NCBI GenBank assembly: GCA_019058315.1
Contig: JAHPZH010000002.1
Location: forward strand, 192,001-256,000
Direction: 5' to 3'
DNA length: 64,000 bases
Source of the DNA: Candidatus Helarchaeota archaeon
Lineage (GTDB): Archaea; Asgardarchaeota; Lokiarchaeia; Helarchaeales; RDOG01
Part shown: positions 47,192 through 56,763 of the stretch, one piece after another
How the letters are laid out: each line of letters starts with the position of its first letter
How positions within the stretch are numbered: position 1 is the stretch's first letter
Notes under the pieces: generated by a model
Told to the model about the DNA's origin: nothing
Databases searched by the model: none
The model's input: the letters and a program-made list of their open reading frames with translations, nothing else
Translations under genes and position numbers: made by a program

Positions 47192-48642
47192 TTTTTATCC
47201 TCCCATACCGATTTAAACTTAGTTTTACTTACGAATAATTCCGACCCCGGTCCCATCTTTGATACTTTTTCTATAGGAATATCCAATTCTTTGGAGAGGA
47301 TCTTCACTGTTCGAGCAGTACAGAAACCTGCTTGACAACGCCCCATCCCACAACGAGTCCTAAATTTTATCCCATCCAGAGTTGTTGCACCAACTGGTCT
47401 TTTAATTGCATCTATTACCTCAGCTTCAGAAACATGCTCACATCTACAAACTATATTACCGTAATTTTGATCTTTCATTATAAATTCATGCTTCTTTTCA
47501 TTTGGAAAATTAGTAAGGCTTATGGGTCTTTCTCTACGCGGATTAAAAGATTCTTTTTCTAATAATTCTAAGCCAGAATCTCTCAAAATATCAATTACAT
47601 AATCAGCAATTCCTAAAGAAGCAGTTAATCCTGGAGATTGTATTCCTGCTACGTTTATGAACCCTTTTATTTTAGTTTCTTCAATAATAAAATCATTTGT
47701 ATCAGAAACAGCCCTTAAACCAGCAAAATTTGTGATAATTTTTCTTAAATTAATATTAGGAAGAAGTTTTAGACCCCCAGCTATAATTTCTTCTATACCT
47801 TCTGTGGTGGTTGATGTATCTGCTTTATCATCTAAATCAACTGCATTAGGTCCAAAAAACACATGTTTATGTAAAGTTGGAGCAGCTAAAATTCCTTTAC
47901 TTTTTTTTGTGGGTAAAGGAAAGAGAGGACGATTAAGTTTTAATGTTTCCTTATCAAATAGAACATATTCTCCCCTTCTTGGAGTAATTTTAAAATAATC
48001 TAATCCAACCATTTTAGAAATTTTATCCGCATATACTCCTGCTACATTAATAATATAATTAGTATGAAATTCTCCCTCCTTTGTCATTACTTTTTTACTA
48101 GATTCTTTGACTTCTATATTTTCTACTTCTGAATTAAATCTAAATTCTACACCATTCATATTTGCATTTTCAGCTAAAGCAATTGTTAAACCATATGGGG
48201 AAACTATTCCGCCAGTTGACGCATATAACACCCCATTTGCATCATCTGTTAGATTTGGTTCCATTTCTTTAATCTTCTTTTTATCTAAAATTAATTCAGT
48301 TTTTATTCCATTTTTTTCTCCTCTTATTCGTAATTCTTCTAACTGATTTATGCCCGAATCTATTGTTGAGACCACAAAGGTCCCACATCTTCTAAATTCT
48401 ACATTAAGATCTTTGCAAACTTGATCAAATAATGGGTTGCTAATTGTATTAAATTTTGCTTTAAAAGTTCCAGGTTCTGCAGCATAACCAGCATGGACTA
48501 TTCCCGAATTGCCCTTACTTGTCCCAGAACAAACATCCGACGATTTTTCTAGCACTAATGTATTTAAAGAATATTTCGAAATGTTTCTGGCTATTGTGCA
48601 ACCAATCACGCCAGCACCTATTACAATTACATCCCATTTCAA
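47188..48642 (-). CDS. FAD-dependent glycerol-3-phosphate dehydrogenase-like oxidoreductase with BFD-like [2Fe-2S] domain
   Basis: GAGVIG, TSKGNSGIVHAG, FAGLRA, GIQSPGLTAS, VCRCE.V, R.GMGRCQ.GFC. Confidence 0.88.
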   Translation of the reverse strand: MKWDVIVIGAGVIGCTIARNISKYSLNTLVLEKSSDVCSGTSKGNSGIVHAGYAAEPGTFKAKFNTISNPLFDQVCKDLNVEFRRCGTFVVSTIDSGINQLEELRIRGEKNGIKTELILDKKKIKEMEPNLTDDANGVLYASTGGIVSPYGLTIALAENANMNGVEFRFNSEVENIEVKESSKKVMTKEGEFHTNYIINVAGVYADKISKMVGLDYFKITPRRGEYVLFDKETLKLNRPLFPLPTKKSKGILAAPTLHKHVFFGPNAVDLDDKADTSTTTEGIEEIIAGGLKLLPNINLRKIITNFAGLRAVSDTNDFIIEETKIKGFINVAGIQSPGLTASLGIADYVIDILRDSGLELLEKESFNPRRERPISLTNFPNEKKHEFIMKDQNYGNIVCRCEHVSEAEVIDAIKRPVGATTLDGIKFRTRCGMGRCQAGFCTARTVKILSKELDIPIEKVSKMGPGSELFVSKTKFKSVWEDKK

Positions 48643-48984
48643 ATTAATTACCTATTTTAAATAATATCTCATTAAATTCAAATCTAATTTAACGGTAAAA
48701 CATTATAATTATTTATTCTTCATATTAAAGGATTTGTAAATGAGATTGGATGTAAAATATATACATAATTAAAAGAAAATGTAAAACTCTGTTCTTCATT
48801 CTAGTTTTATTTTTTAAAGAAAAAATAATCCAAAATCCAATTTCTAACTTTTTTATTAAAAAATATCTTAATTTGGTAAAACTATATTCATATTACATTT
48901 TTAGATCATTTTATTTATTTGTAGAAGTATTATAATCCAAGATAAAAAAAATCATTAAAATATGGATAATTACTGGTGAATATT

Positions 48985-49398
48985 ATGGATTTCCAAGTAA
49001 CATCTTTAGCAGGTGAAGCTATTTCGGAAATGTCATCTGGTTTGATACAAAAGAATTTAACAGAACACCCAGTGGTTTCAATCTATTTTAAAGGTACAAC
49101 TTCTGCCATATGAGGTACAGGAGGTTCGGATACCGTTCCAGCATATCTTAAATTAACAATTGACGTTGTGTCCCAAGAAGATCTTGAAAAAGAAGAGGAA
49201 AAATTCACACGTCAAGGTGATTACCAAGAAGTTCCAATTTTTACTCAAGATTTAGCTCTGAATTACCTTGTTGATCCTACGATAATTGATGCCAAAAAAT
49301 TCTATCACTTCAGCGAATTATTCATTCCAAACGCACCGGTCTTAATCGAGAATACTTTTTGGAAAGTAGATGAAGTTAAAAAAGGCGGTGGCTGTTAG
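48985..49398 (+). CDS. Predicted selenoprotein, HesB/IscA-like, 137 aa with Sec43 (TGA 49111..49113)
   Basis: GGTGA SD plus ATG 48985; single in-frame TGA in VVSIYFKGTTSAI-U-GTGG continuing into the 49168 ORF; C-terminal GGGC; SECIS directly after the stop. Confidence 0.8.
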
Positions 49399-49399
49399 A

Positions 49400-49471
49400 A
49401 AGGTCGATGGATGAAATTTTTTTGTAAATATTAGAAAAAAATTGACACAGTTTATGCAAACTGCCGACCTT
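49400..49471 (+). promoter_or_regulatory. Eukaryote-type SECIS element in 3' UTR
   Basis: Helix I AAGGTCG/CGACCTT; ATGA(49411)...TGAC(49443) core; helix II ATTTTTTT/AAAAAAAT; apical AAA 11 nt after ATGA. Confidence 0.78.
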
Positions 49472-49629
49472 AACTTACTTTTCTTTTAATTAAAATTTTA
49501 TTTCTAAATTTTATTAACTATTATACCCAACTTAGTAAAAAAGCAAAATAATAGAATATTTGAATTTTATTTTGTGAAATACTAATTTGAAAATCTAATT
49601 TTAATTTATAATTTAAGGAATAAACAAAA

Positions 49630-51168
49630 ATGGCTCAAGATCTCGTATGTGTTATTGATGCTGGAACAACTGGTTTAAGAACAATGATTTTTGATAGTAA
49701 TGGAAACGAAATTGATAGAGCTTATCAAGAATACAAAAGTTATTTTCCAAAACCTGCTTGGGTAGAACAAGATGCAAATGATTGGTGGCAAGCGGTTTGT
49801 AACACATCAAATAAGGTGCTAAAAAAAATCAATACCTCTGATATTGTTGGAATAAGCGTTACAAACCAAAGAGAGACAATTGTTCCAGTAGATGAAGCCG
49901 GAAATCCTTTAAGAAAAGCTTTGGTTTGGCAAGATCGTCGAACTATACCTGAGTGTAATATTATTCGAGAAGTTATAGGGGAAGATGAAATATATAGGAT
50001 TACTGGATTAACAATAGACCCATATTTTTCATCATCCAAGATTATTCATATAAAAAATCAACAACCAGATATCTTTTCAAAGACCTCCAAATTCCTTCTT
50101 GTCCATGATTATATTGAAATGAAATTAAGCGGAAAATTTGTGACTGATTGGTCAAATGCCTCTAGGACTATGTTATTTGATATTGAAAAGCACGAATGGA
50201 GCAAAAAAATTTGTGATAAATTAGAGATACCTATTGAAAAGATGCCCCAAACGTATCCTTCTGGGGAGATCATTGGCGAAATCACAAAAATCGCTGCTAA
50301 ACAAACGGGATTCATAGAAGGAACTCCAATAATAAGCGGTGGGGGAGATCAACAATTAGGTGCATTAGGTTTAGGTGTTATTAAATCTGGACAAATATCT
50401 TGTACAACTGGAACAGGGACGTTTATATTAGCCTTTTTAAATCAACCACTACGTGATCCTCAAAAAAGAGTTCTTTGTAGCTGTCATGCAGTCCCTAATA
50501 CATGGGTTATGGAAGCCAGCATATTCACTACTGGTTCGGTTTATAGATGGTTTCGTGATCAATTCAGTCAATATGAAAAAGACCTTGCTAAACGACAAAA
50601 TAAAGATCCTTATGAACTTCTAAATGAAGAAGCTATAAAGTCTCCCGTAGGTTCTAATGGAATCATTTTAATACCTCATTTTGCAGGAGCTGGGGCACCA
50701 TATTGGAATCCTTATAGCCGTGGTATTATTGCAGGGCTTGCCCTTGGACATACTAGAAATGATCTAATAAGAGCCATTATGGAAAGTATATGCTTTGAAA
50801 TTAGAAAAAATATTGATGTTATGAGACAATTAAATATTCAGGTAAATGAGATCCGGTTAACTGGAGGAATGACTAGGAGCAATACATTTAATGAAATACA
50901 AGCCGATGTTTACGGGATTCCTGTATTACATAGCAAGACTGAAGAAGCAACTGCACTAGGAGCCGCGATGTTAATTTTAAAGGGGACTAAAATTTATAAG
51001 AACTATGACGAAATCGCAAAAAAAGTAGTTAAAATTAGCGCAACCAAAAAACCTAATAATATAAATCATAAAAAATATTCAAAAATCTTCGAAATATCGA
51101 AAAAAATTTATGAAATATTCCAAACCAATAATTTATACAAGGATTTTTATGATATGGGGGATTATTAA
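49630..51168 (+). CDS. FGGY-family carbohydrate kinase (glycerol kinase/xylulokinase-like)
   Basis: IDAGTTG.R, WVEQD, TNQRET, WQDRR, TDWSNASRTMLFD, GDQQ, GTGTF, GAPYW, TALGAA. Confidence 0.92.
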   Translation: MAQDLVCVIDAGTTGLRTMIFDSNGNEIDRAYQEYKSYFPKPAWVEQDANDWWQAVCNTSNKVLKKINTSDIVGISVTNQRETIVPVDEAGNPLRKALVWQDRRTIPECNIIREVIGEDEIYRITGLTIDPYFSSSKIIHIKNQQPDIFSKTSKFLLVHDYIEMKLSGKFVTDWSNASRTMLFDIEKHEWSKKICDKLEIPIEKMPQTYPSGEIIGEITKIAAKQTGFIEGTPIISGGGDQQLGALGLGVIKSGQISCTTGTGTFILAFLNQPLRDPQKRVLCSCHAVPNTWVMEASIFTTGSVYRWFRDQFSQYEKDLAKRQNKDPYELLNEEAIKSPVGSNGIILIPHFAGAGAPYWNPYSRGIIAGLALGHTRNDLIRAIMESICFEIRKNIDVMRQLNIQVNEIRLTGGMTRSNTFNEIQADVYGIPVLHSKTEEATALGAAMLILKGTKIYKNYDEIAKKVVKISATKKPNNINHKKYSKIFEISKKIYEIFQTNNLYKDFYDMGDY

Positions 51169-51198
51169 TATAATCAAAAAAAAGAATGTGTGATATGA

Positions 51199-52149
51199 TT
51201 GAGCCAAAAATGGTTTAAGATTCTGTTTTTAGGTCTTGATAATGCCGGGAAGACTTCATTTCTACTTTCATTGGAGAATAAATATAGTCATTTACATTCT
51301 TTAAGACCAACTAAAGGACTTTATAAGTACGAATATAAAATACTCGGTTTTGAAATCAATCTCCTCGATTTTGGAGGACAAAAGATATATAGAGAGGAGT
51401 TTTTTAAAAAACCAGAAAATTATATTGGAACTGACTTACTATTCTTCGTTATTGACATTCAAGATAGAAGAAGATTTGCAGAAAATGGGGAATTTTTTGA
51501 AAAATTACTTGATGAATTTGAAACTAATGATGTTAAACCTAATATAATTATCTGTTTTCATAAGCTTGATCCCGACCTTATGACAGATCCCGAATCTTAT
51601 ATTCATGATAATATTCAAATCGCAGAAAGATTATTTAAATCTAAAAGTAACGGACGGGAATTGGAATTTTTTCAAACAACTATTTACGATTATTCAAGTT
51701 TGGCTCGAGCTTTTTCTTCAGGGTTATTGAAAATCATTAAAGATTTTAAAAAAGTAACCGAAACTATCTTTGCTGATTTTATGAACAAAACTAATGCAAA
51801 TGGTGTCTGTCTTCTTAGTGAAAATGCTCTTATTTTATCAGATCTCTATGATAAAAAGTCTGAAGCCCAAGAAATTATCGAAATTATTGGTACAAATATG
51901 GCCCAAATGTCTCAAAAACTAATAGAATATAATCATGGGATACCAGAATCTATTGAAATAAAAATGAAAGGGTGGTCTTTTTTTAGAACTTTTGAACTCG
52001 AGGATAAGGACGTAAAAGAGGGGGGTATGAAGAGATTTTACCTAATAATTTATTCAGAGAATCCTAAAAATTTTGATAAAATAAATGAATTATTAACTAA
52101 TTTTACTCTAACAGTTGCAAATACTTTGAAAAATTTTCTAAAGGAGTAA
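51199..52149 (+). CDS. Arf/Rag-like small GTPase with C-terminal roadblock/longin-like domain
   Basis: KILFLGLDNAGKTS, PT.G, DFGGQ..YR, HKLD, TTI; C-terminal alpha/beta domain. Confidence 0.85.
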   Translation: MSQKWFKILFLGLDNAGKTSFLLSLENKYSHLHSLRPTKGLYKYEYKILGFEINLLDFGGQKIYREEFFKKPENYIGTDLLFFVIDIQDRRRFAENGEFFEKLLDEFETNDVKPNIIICFHKLDPDLMTDPESYIHDNIQIAERLFKSKSNGRELEFFQTTIYDYSSLARAFSSGLLKIIKDFKKVTETIFADFMNKTNANGVCLLSENALILSDLYDKKSEAQEIIEIIGTNMAQMSQKLIEYNHGIPESIEIKMKGWSFFRTFELEDKDVKEGGMKRFYLIIYSENPKNFDKINELLTNFTLTVANTLKNFLKE

Positions 52150-52152
52150 AAA

Positions 52153-52866
52153 TTGGATTTTCCTAAAATTCGAATTCTTTTATTTCAACGTGGAATGTAT
52201 GGAGAAAGGGTAGAAGAAACAATTAATAAATATGGGAAAAAATTACAAATATCCAAAATTTTTAAAATACCTAAAGAGCTACCAGATATTATTGAGGAAC
52301 CAGAAACCTATATTCCTGATGAAATATTCAAAAATATTGATTTAATTATTTCTTATTCTCTACATGCAGATTTATCACAATATATAGTAGAAAAAGCAAA
52401 AAATAACGGTATTAAAGTAGTGATTATGCCTGGAGAAGACCCATCCTTTAGTCAATTGGGGGCTAGAAGACAACTTTTTGAAATTGCAGGAGACGAAGTT
52501 AATATTTTTGGTCCTGAAGTTACATGTGCTTTAAAACCAGTACAAGATAATGAAATTATTTCACTATTTTGTTCTGAATTAGGACAACCAGAATTTAAAA
52601 TAGAAACTAAAGACGGAAAAATTAGTAAAGTTGAAGTAATTCGGGGGGCTCCATGTGGTGCAACGTGGTATGTTGCAAAGGAGATTATAGGAGAATCGAT
52701 CAAAGAAGCTCCTAGAAAAGCAGCATTACTTACACAATATTATTGCCGAGCGTCAAGAGGATATGATATTATCGGAGGGGAGGGAAAAATTCATAAAGCT
52801 GGAAAAATTACTATGAAAGCATTTGAGAAAGCAATTGAAGAAACATTGAATAATAAAAAAGATTAA
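52153..52866 (+). CDS. DUF166 family protein
   Basis: G.YGER, LP.IIEEPE.Y.P, LH.DL, P..TC.L, G.PEF, V.V.RGAPCGATW, C.AS, IH.AG. Confidence 0.85.
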   Translation: MDFPKIRILLFQRGMYGERVEETINKYGKKLQISKIFKIPKELPDIIEEPETYIPDEIFKNIDLIISYSLHADLSQYIVEKAKNNGIKVVIMPGEDPSFSQLGARRQLFEIAGDEVNIFGPEVTCALKPVQDNEIISLFCSELGQPEFKIETKDGKISKVEVIRGAPCGATWYVAKEIIGESIKEAPRKAALLTQYYCRASRGYDIIGGEGKIHKAGKITMKAFEKAIEETLNNKKD

Positions 52867-52869
52867 TAC

Positions 52870-53211
52870 GTGTTTAATATGACTGATATGAAAATAATTA
52901 ATTTTAATGATGTTAAACCAGTTGAAATGGTACCTGGAATATTTCGGCATACTCTGGTTTTTACAAATGATGTAATGATGGTGTATTTTGATTTGAGAAA
53001 GGATGCAGAGCTCCCAATGCACTCCCATCCGCATACTCAAATGGGTTATATAGTCAAAGGAAAGCTCGAATTTCAAATCTATAACAAGAAATATATTTTA
53101 AAATCAGGGGATAGTTATTTAGCTCCATCAAATATAGAACATGGCGCAAAAGTTATTGAAGATTGTATAGTAATTGATATATTCAATCCTGCAAGAGATG
53201 ATTATAAATAG
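52870..53211 (+). CDS. Cupin-domain protein
   Basis: P.HSHPH.QMGY...G, GDSY..P.N.EH, DIF.P.R.DY. Confidence 0.9.
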   Translation: MFNMTDMKIINFNDVKPVEMVPGIFRHTLVFTNDVMMVYFDLRKDAELPMHSHPHTQMGYIVKGKLEFQIYNKKYILKSGDSYLAPSNIEHGAKVIEDCIVIDIFNPARDDYK

Positions 53212-53326
53212 CTAATGGGTGCAAATATAAATGAATTATCAAGCACAGAAGCTAATTTTTCCGATTCTTAAAGATGAAAATTTATATATACTACAGTTTT
53301 TATTCATACTAAAGAGCTGAAAAAAA

Positions 53327-53512
53327 ATGTGGACTAAAGTCAAAGATAGTCTCAAAGGAACTTTTTCACTATACCAATTTATGGAGCTATTAGGTTTAGA
53401 TAGAAGAGAATTTAAAGATAAGAGAGACGCAAGAAATATATTAAATCAACTTTATAAATCAAAAAAAATTTATAGAATATCAAATAATGTTTATAAAAAG
53501 AGGGAAGATTGA
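53327..53512 (+). CDS. Small hypothetical (winged-helix-like) protein
   Basis: Clean ATG ORF with upstream TTTATATA box; ARNILNQLY..KKI.RIS.N.Y. Confidence 0.6.
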   Translation: MWTKVKDSLKGTFSLYQFMELLGLDRREFKDKRDARNILNQLYKSKKIYRISNNVYKKRED

Positions 53513-53584
53513 ATAAAACCCTACCTCGAAATATCTTAAGAACCGTCAATTAATAAAATTATAATAAGGGGATTAATTTCTTTT

Positions 53585-55909
53585 ATGGAAGATAATATAT
53601 TTTTTGAAGATTGTTTCCAAAAATTTGAAGAAGAAGTACAAGAGGCTATTCAAAAGAACCATCGGCGGATGTTTATTTTACCTGAAGGAAATATTTATGA
53701 TATAATCCCGAATTTTTTTACACTTTATATCATATTACGACCTGCGTTATCTCTTAAAGTCCTATTTGCCTCATCTCAGAATATTTCAACTTTTGAAAAT
53801 ATTCGCTTAAATCTAGATCCCACAATTTTTCAAGTAACTGATATTAAATTTTCTCAATTAAATGAAATATTGGGACAGACTTTTGACATTTTGGTCTTGG
53901 ATTTAACGAATCAATTGAAACCAAATGATTTGGGAATATTAATTGAGACTGTAAGAGGTGGAGGTATAATTTTTGTTCTAACACCGAATTTCGAAGCTTG
54001 GATAAAAAATATTACAATTTTCCACAAAACTTTAATAACCCCCCCATTCTCCATTGATGATATTAACTTTCGTTTTACTCCATTCTTTATCGATAGCTTG
54101 AAAAAATATAAAGGAATTATTATTTTCGACTCTTTAAATCATAAGATTCTAGAAGGCTCATACAGTAGCCAAAATCCCCATCCAAAAACAAAAGTAATCC
54201 AAAAAACTGCTCCGTTTAAAAAATTATTTTATGATCTAGTGGCAACAGATGATCAACGTTCGTTTCTAAATTCCTTAGAATTTATTCTTCAAAAAGATAG
54301 GAAAAAAAGGGTTCTTATCTTAACATCCGATAGAGGAAGGGGAAAATCTGCAATTCTAGGTATCGGAGCTGTCGCAATTTCTCATATATTAGTTGAAAAA
54401 TTAAATTTCTCTCATGTAAAAATTCTTATAACTGCTCCTAATGTAGAAAATGTGGAGATTTTTTTTCAATTTGCGGAAAAAGCCCTCAAGAACTTAAATT
54501 ATAAAATTAACATTAGAAAAAAATCCATCATTACCGATACAATCACGATTCAATACAAAGATCTATTGGAAGTTGTCAATCAAAAGTCATATTTGACCAT
54601 TATAGATGAGTGTGCAAGTATTCCCATACCCATTTTATTCGAGATCTTGGAATCTTCTCGTAATATAATCTTTTCATCCACTCTTCATGGTTATGAAGGG
54701 GCTGGAAGAGGATTTTCCTTATTATTTAGAAAAGAAATTAACCAAAAGAAAGATTTAAAAATAAGCCAAGTTGGATTGAATGTTCCTATTCGTTATTCTT
54801 TAAATGATCCAATTGAACAGTGGTTATTTGACACTCTTTTTTTGAATGCCCAACCTGCTAACCTAAATAGCGAAGATATAGCAGATGTTACTAATTCAAA
54901 TATCATAGTTAAAAAAATCGACTTGGATAAATGCTTTTTAGGTGAAGAACAAGATTTTTTTTCGGATTTTGCGGGAATCTTCGTTTTTGCCCATTATCGA
55001 AATCAACCAGATGATATTGTTATTCTTTCAGATTCGCCTCATCACGAAGCTTGGGCTATTTTGACGAAAAATCAAAAACATATTGTTAATGTTGTCCAGA
55101 TCGCAAAAGAAGGTAATCTATCAGATTCAATTATTCAAGAAATGTTGAAGGGAAACCAAACTCCGGGAAATATTTTACCATGGATCTGTATTACACACTA
55201 TCGGATAGGAGATTTTGCAAAATTAAAAGGAGTAAGAATTGTTAGGATTGCTACTCATCCAGATTTATTCCAAAAAGGTTTAGGTTCAGAAATGTTAACA
55301 CAAATTGAAAAAAATTATAAAGATCTAGAATATGATTGGGTCGGAACCAGTTTTGGGTTAACTCCTGAGTTACTTAGATTTTGGGAGACAAATGGTTATA
55401 AATCAATACATTTATCTTCTAGAATGACTCCTTCAACAGGAGAGTATTCTATAGTTATGATAAAACCGCTTTCAGCTGAATCAGAAAAAATTGTTAATTT
55501 ATTATGTCAAGAATTTAAATTTAAAATTTTCGAATGGTTTCGTACGATATACTATAATCTCCCTCCTAATTTAGCGTTCAATCTTTTGGAATCAACCCAA
55601 AAATTTGAGGATCCAGTTATTTTTGAAATAACTCTTACTGAAAATCAAAAAGCTCGATTAGATGCTTATTTTGGTGGGATTTTAGATTATTCCAATACTT
55701 CAGATGTTATTAACCAAGTCCTTAAATATTATTTTCTCAATTTCGAGAGAGATAAAGTCAAATTATCTCCAAAACAAAAAGAATTAATAATTATGCGTTG
55801 TCTTCAAGCTCGATCATGGCAACAAACTCTAAATTACACCAAATTAAATTATAAAGTTGGCCATGGTCTTCTTAGAAAAGCTATTCGTAAAATTTATAAA
55901 GTTATTTAA
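53585..55909 (+). CDS. tmcA: tRNA/rRNA cytidine acetyltransferase TmcA/NAT10
   Basis: HRR, LG.TFD.LVLD, ETV.GGG, SDRGRGKSA.LG, IDE, STLHGYEGAGRGF, PIRY...DP.E, AHYRNQP.D, RIVRIATHP. Confidence 0.93.
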   Translation: MEDNIFFEDCFQKFEEEVQEAIQKNHRRMFILPEGNIYDIIPNFFTLYIILRPALSLKVLFASSQNISTFENIRLNLDPTIFQVTDIKFSQLNEILGQTFDILVLDLTNQLKPNDLGILIETVRGGGIIFVLTPNFEAWIKNITIFHKTLITPPFSIDDINFRFTPFFIDSLKKYKGIIIFDSLNHKILEGSYSSQNPHPKTKVIQKTAPFKKLFYDLVATDDQRSFLNSLEFILQKDRKKRVLILTSDRGRGKSAILGIGAVAISHILVEKLNFSHVKILITAPNVENVEIFFQFAEKALKNLNYKINIRKKSIITDTITIQYKDLLEVVNQKSYLTIIDECASIPIPILFEILESSRNIIFSSTLHGYEGAGRGFSLLFRKEINQKKDLKISQVGLNVPIRYSLNDPIEQWLFDTLFLNAQPANLNSEDIADVTNSNIIVKKIDLDKCFLGEEQDFFSDFAGIFVFAHYRNQPDDIVILSDSPHHEAWAILTKNQKHIVNVVQIAKEGNLSDSIIQEMLKGNQTPGNILPWICITHYRIGDFAKLKGVRIVRIATHPDLFQKGLGSEMLTQIEKNYKDLEYDWVGTSFGLTPELLRFWETNGYKSIHLSSRMTPSTGEYSIVMIKPLSAESEKIVNLLCQEFKFKIFEWFRTIYYNLPPNLAFNLLESTQKFEDPVIFEITLTENQKARLDAYFGGILDYSNTSDVINQVLKYYFLNFERDKVKLSPKQKELIIMRCLQARSWQQTLNYTKLNYKVGHGLLRKAIRKIYKVI

Positions 55910-55917
55910 TGATTTCC

Positions 55918-56751
55918 TTATTTTTTTTGAAAAAAACTTATTGTACTTGCAAATGCAATCGCACTAAAGTACTCAAATTCTGGTCCAACCCTAGATGTAT
56001 CAATAACAGGTCTATTTAAACTTAAATAAACCGCTCCATGGCTTTTTCCCGCTCCTAAATGAACGAGAGTTCTATAAATTAAATTTCCAGCAATTCCTTC
56101 AGGTGCAATTATTAGATTTGCTTTTTCTTCAATGGCATCTTCTATTAGTATATTGTAATTTTTAACGTTGGAAATTCCTAGGTCATTGGCTCTTTCTACA
56201 ACTTGATTTGCCTCATCAATAGTCTTTGCAATTCTAGAACCTCTTTTTTTATCTTCTTCCCTTCCTCCAGAAAGCACTGCAATTTTCGGTTGAATTTTCA
56301 ATTTTTTTAATAGGAGTGAACCTTCCTTTACAAAAAACAGCTTTTCATCTGCATTTTTACATTCATCAATTCCGACTGGTGAAAAAAGAAACTGATGTGA
56401 AGTTTTTGCCGTTTCTAGTAATGCTAACCGATAAAAAACATCTTTCTTAAAAGATTTTTTTAAATTAACTAAGAATTTAGAGGAACTTAAGCTCCCTCGA
56501 ACAATTCCATCTACTTTATTTTGATTTGATAAGTTAATTATACTCTTTTCTGGAGAATCTGTACTAAGAAATTCCAATTTGCAATCTATAGGTGCTTTCT
56601 TCCCTATTAATATTATATTAGCGAGTTTATTTTCAATTGCCTTTTCAGCGACATGAATAGTTCTTTTGATGTATTTAGGGTTTTCCCCCACTCCAATTGC
56701 TATTTTAGCTGGATTTTGTTTTGCAATTTTAATTAATTTTTCAGTTATCAA
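55918..56751 (-). CDS. mtxX: MtxX / methanogenesis marker protein 4 family
   Basis: VRGSL, RLALLE, PVGIDE, VLSGGR.ED..R, ILIE.A, IAPEG..GNLIYR.L.HLG.G...GA, DTSR. Confidence 0.85.
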   Translation of the reverse strand: MITEKLIKIAKQNPAKIAIGVGENPKYIKRTIHVAEKAIENKLANIILIGKKAPIDCKLEFLSTDSPEKSIINLSNQNKVDGIVRGSLSSSKFLVNLKKSFKKDVFYRLALLETAKTSHQFLFSPVGIDECKNADEKLFFVKEGSLLLKKLKIQPKIAVLSGGREEDKKRGSRIAKTIDEANQVVERANDLGISNVKNYNILIEDAIEEKANLIIAPEGIAGNLIYRTLVHLGAGKSHGAVYLSLNRPVIDTSRVGPEFEYFSAIAFASTISFFQKK

Positions 56752-56763
56752 ATTTTAACACAT

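Noticed and set aside
49168-49398. 76-aa ORF as a stand-alone gene
   Set aside because: No SD at its GTG; better explained as the part of the selenoprotein gene downstream of the Sec codon
55918-56751. mtxX plus H4MPT genes as proof of methanogenesis or alkane oxidation
   Set aside because: No mcr or mtr genes in the window; these genes also occur in non-methanogenic H4MPT users
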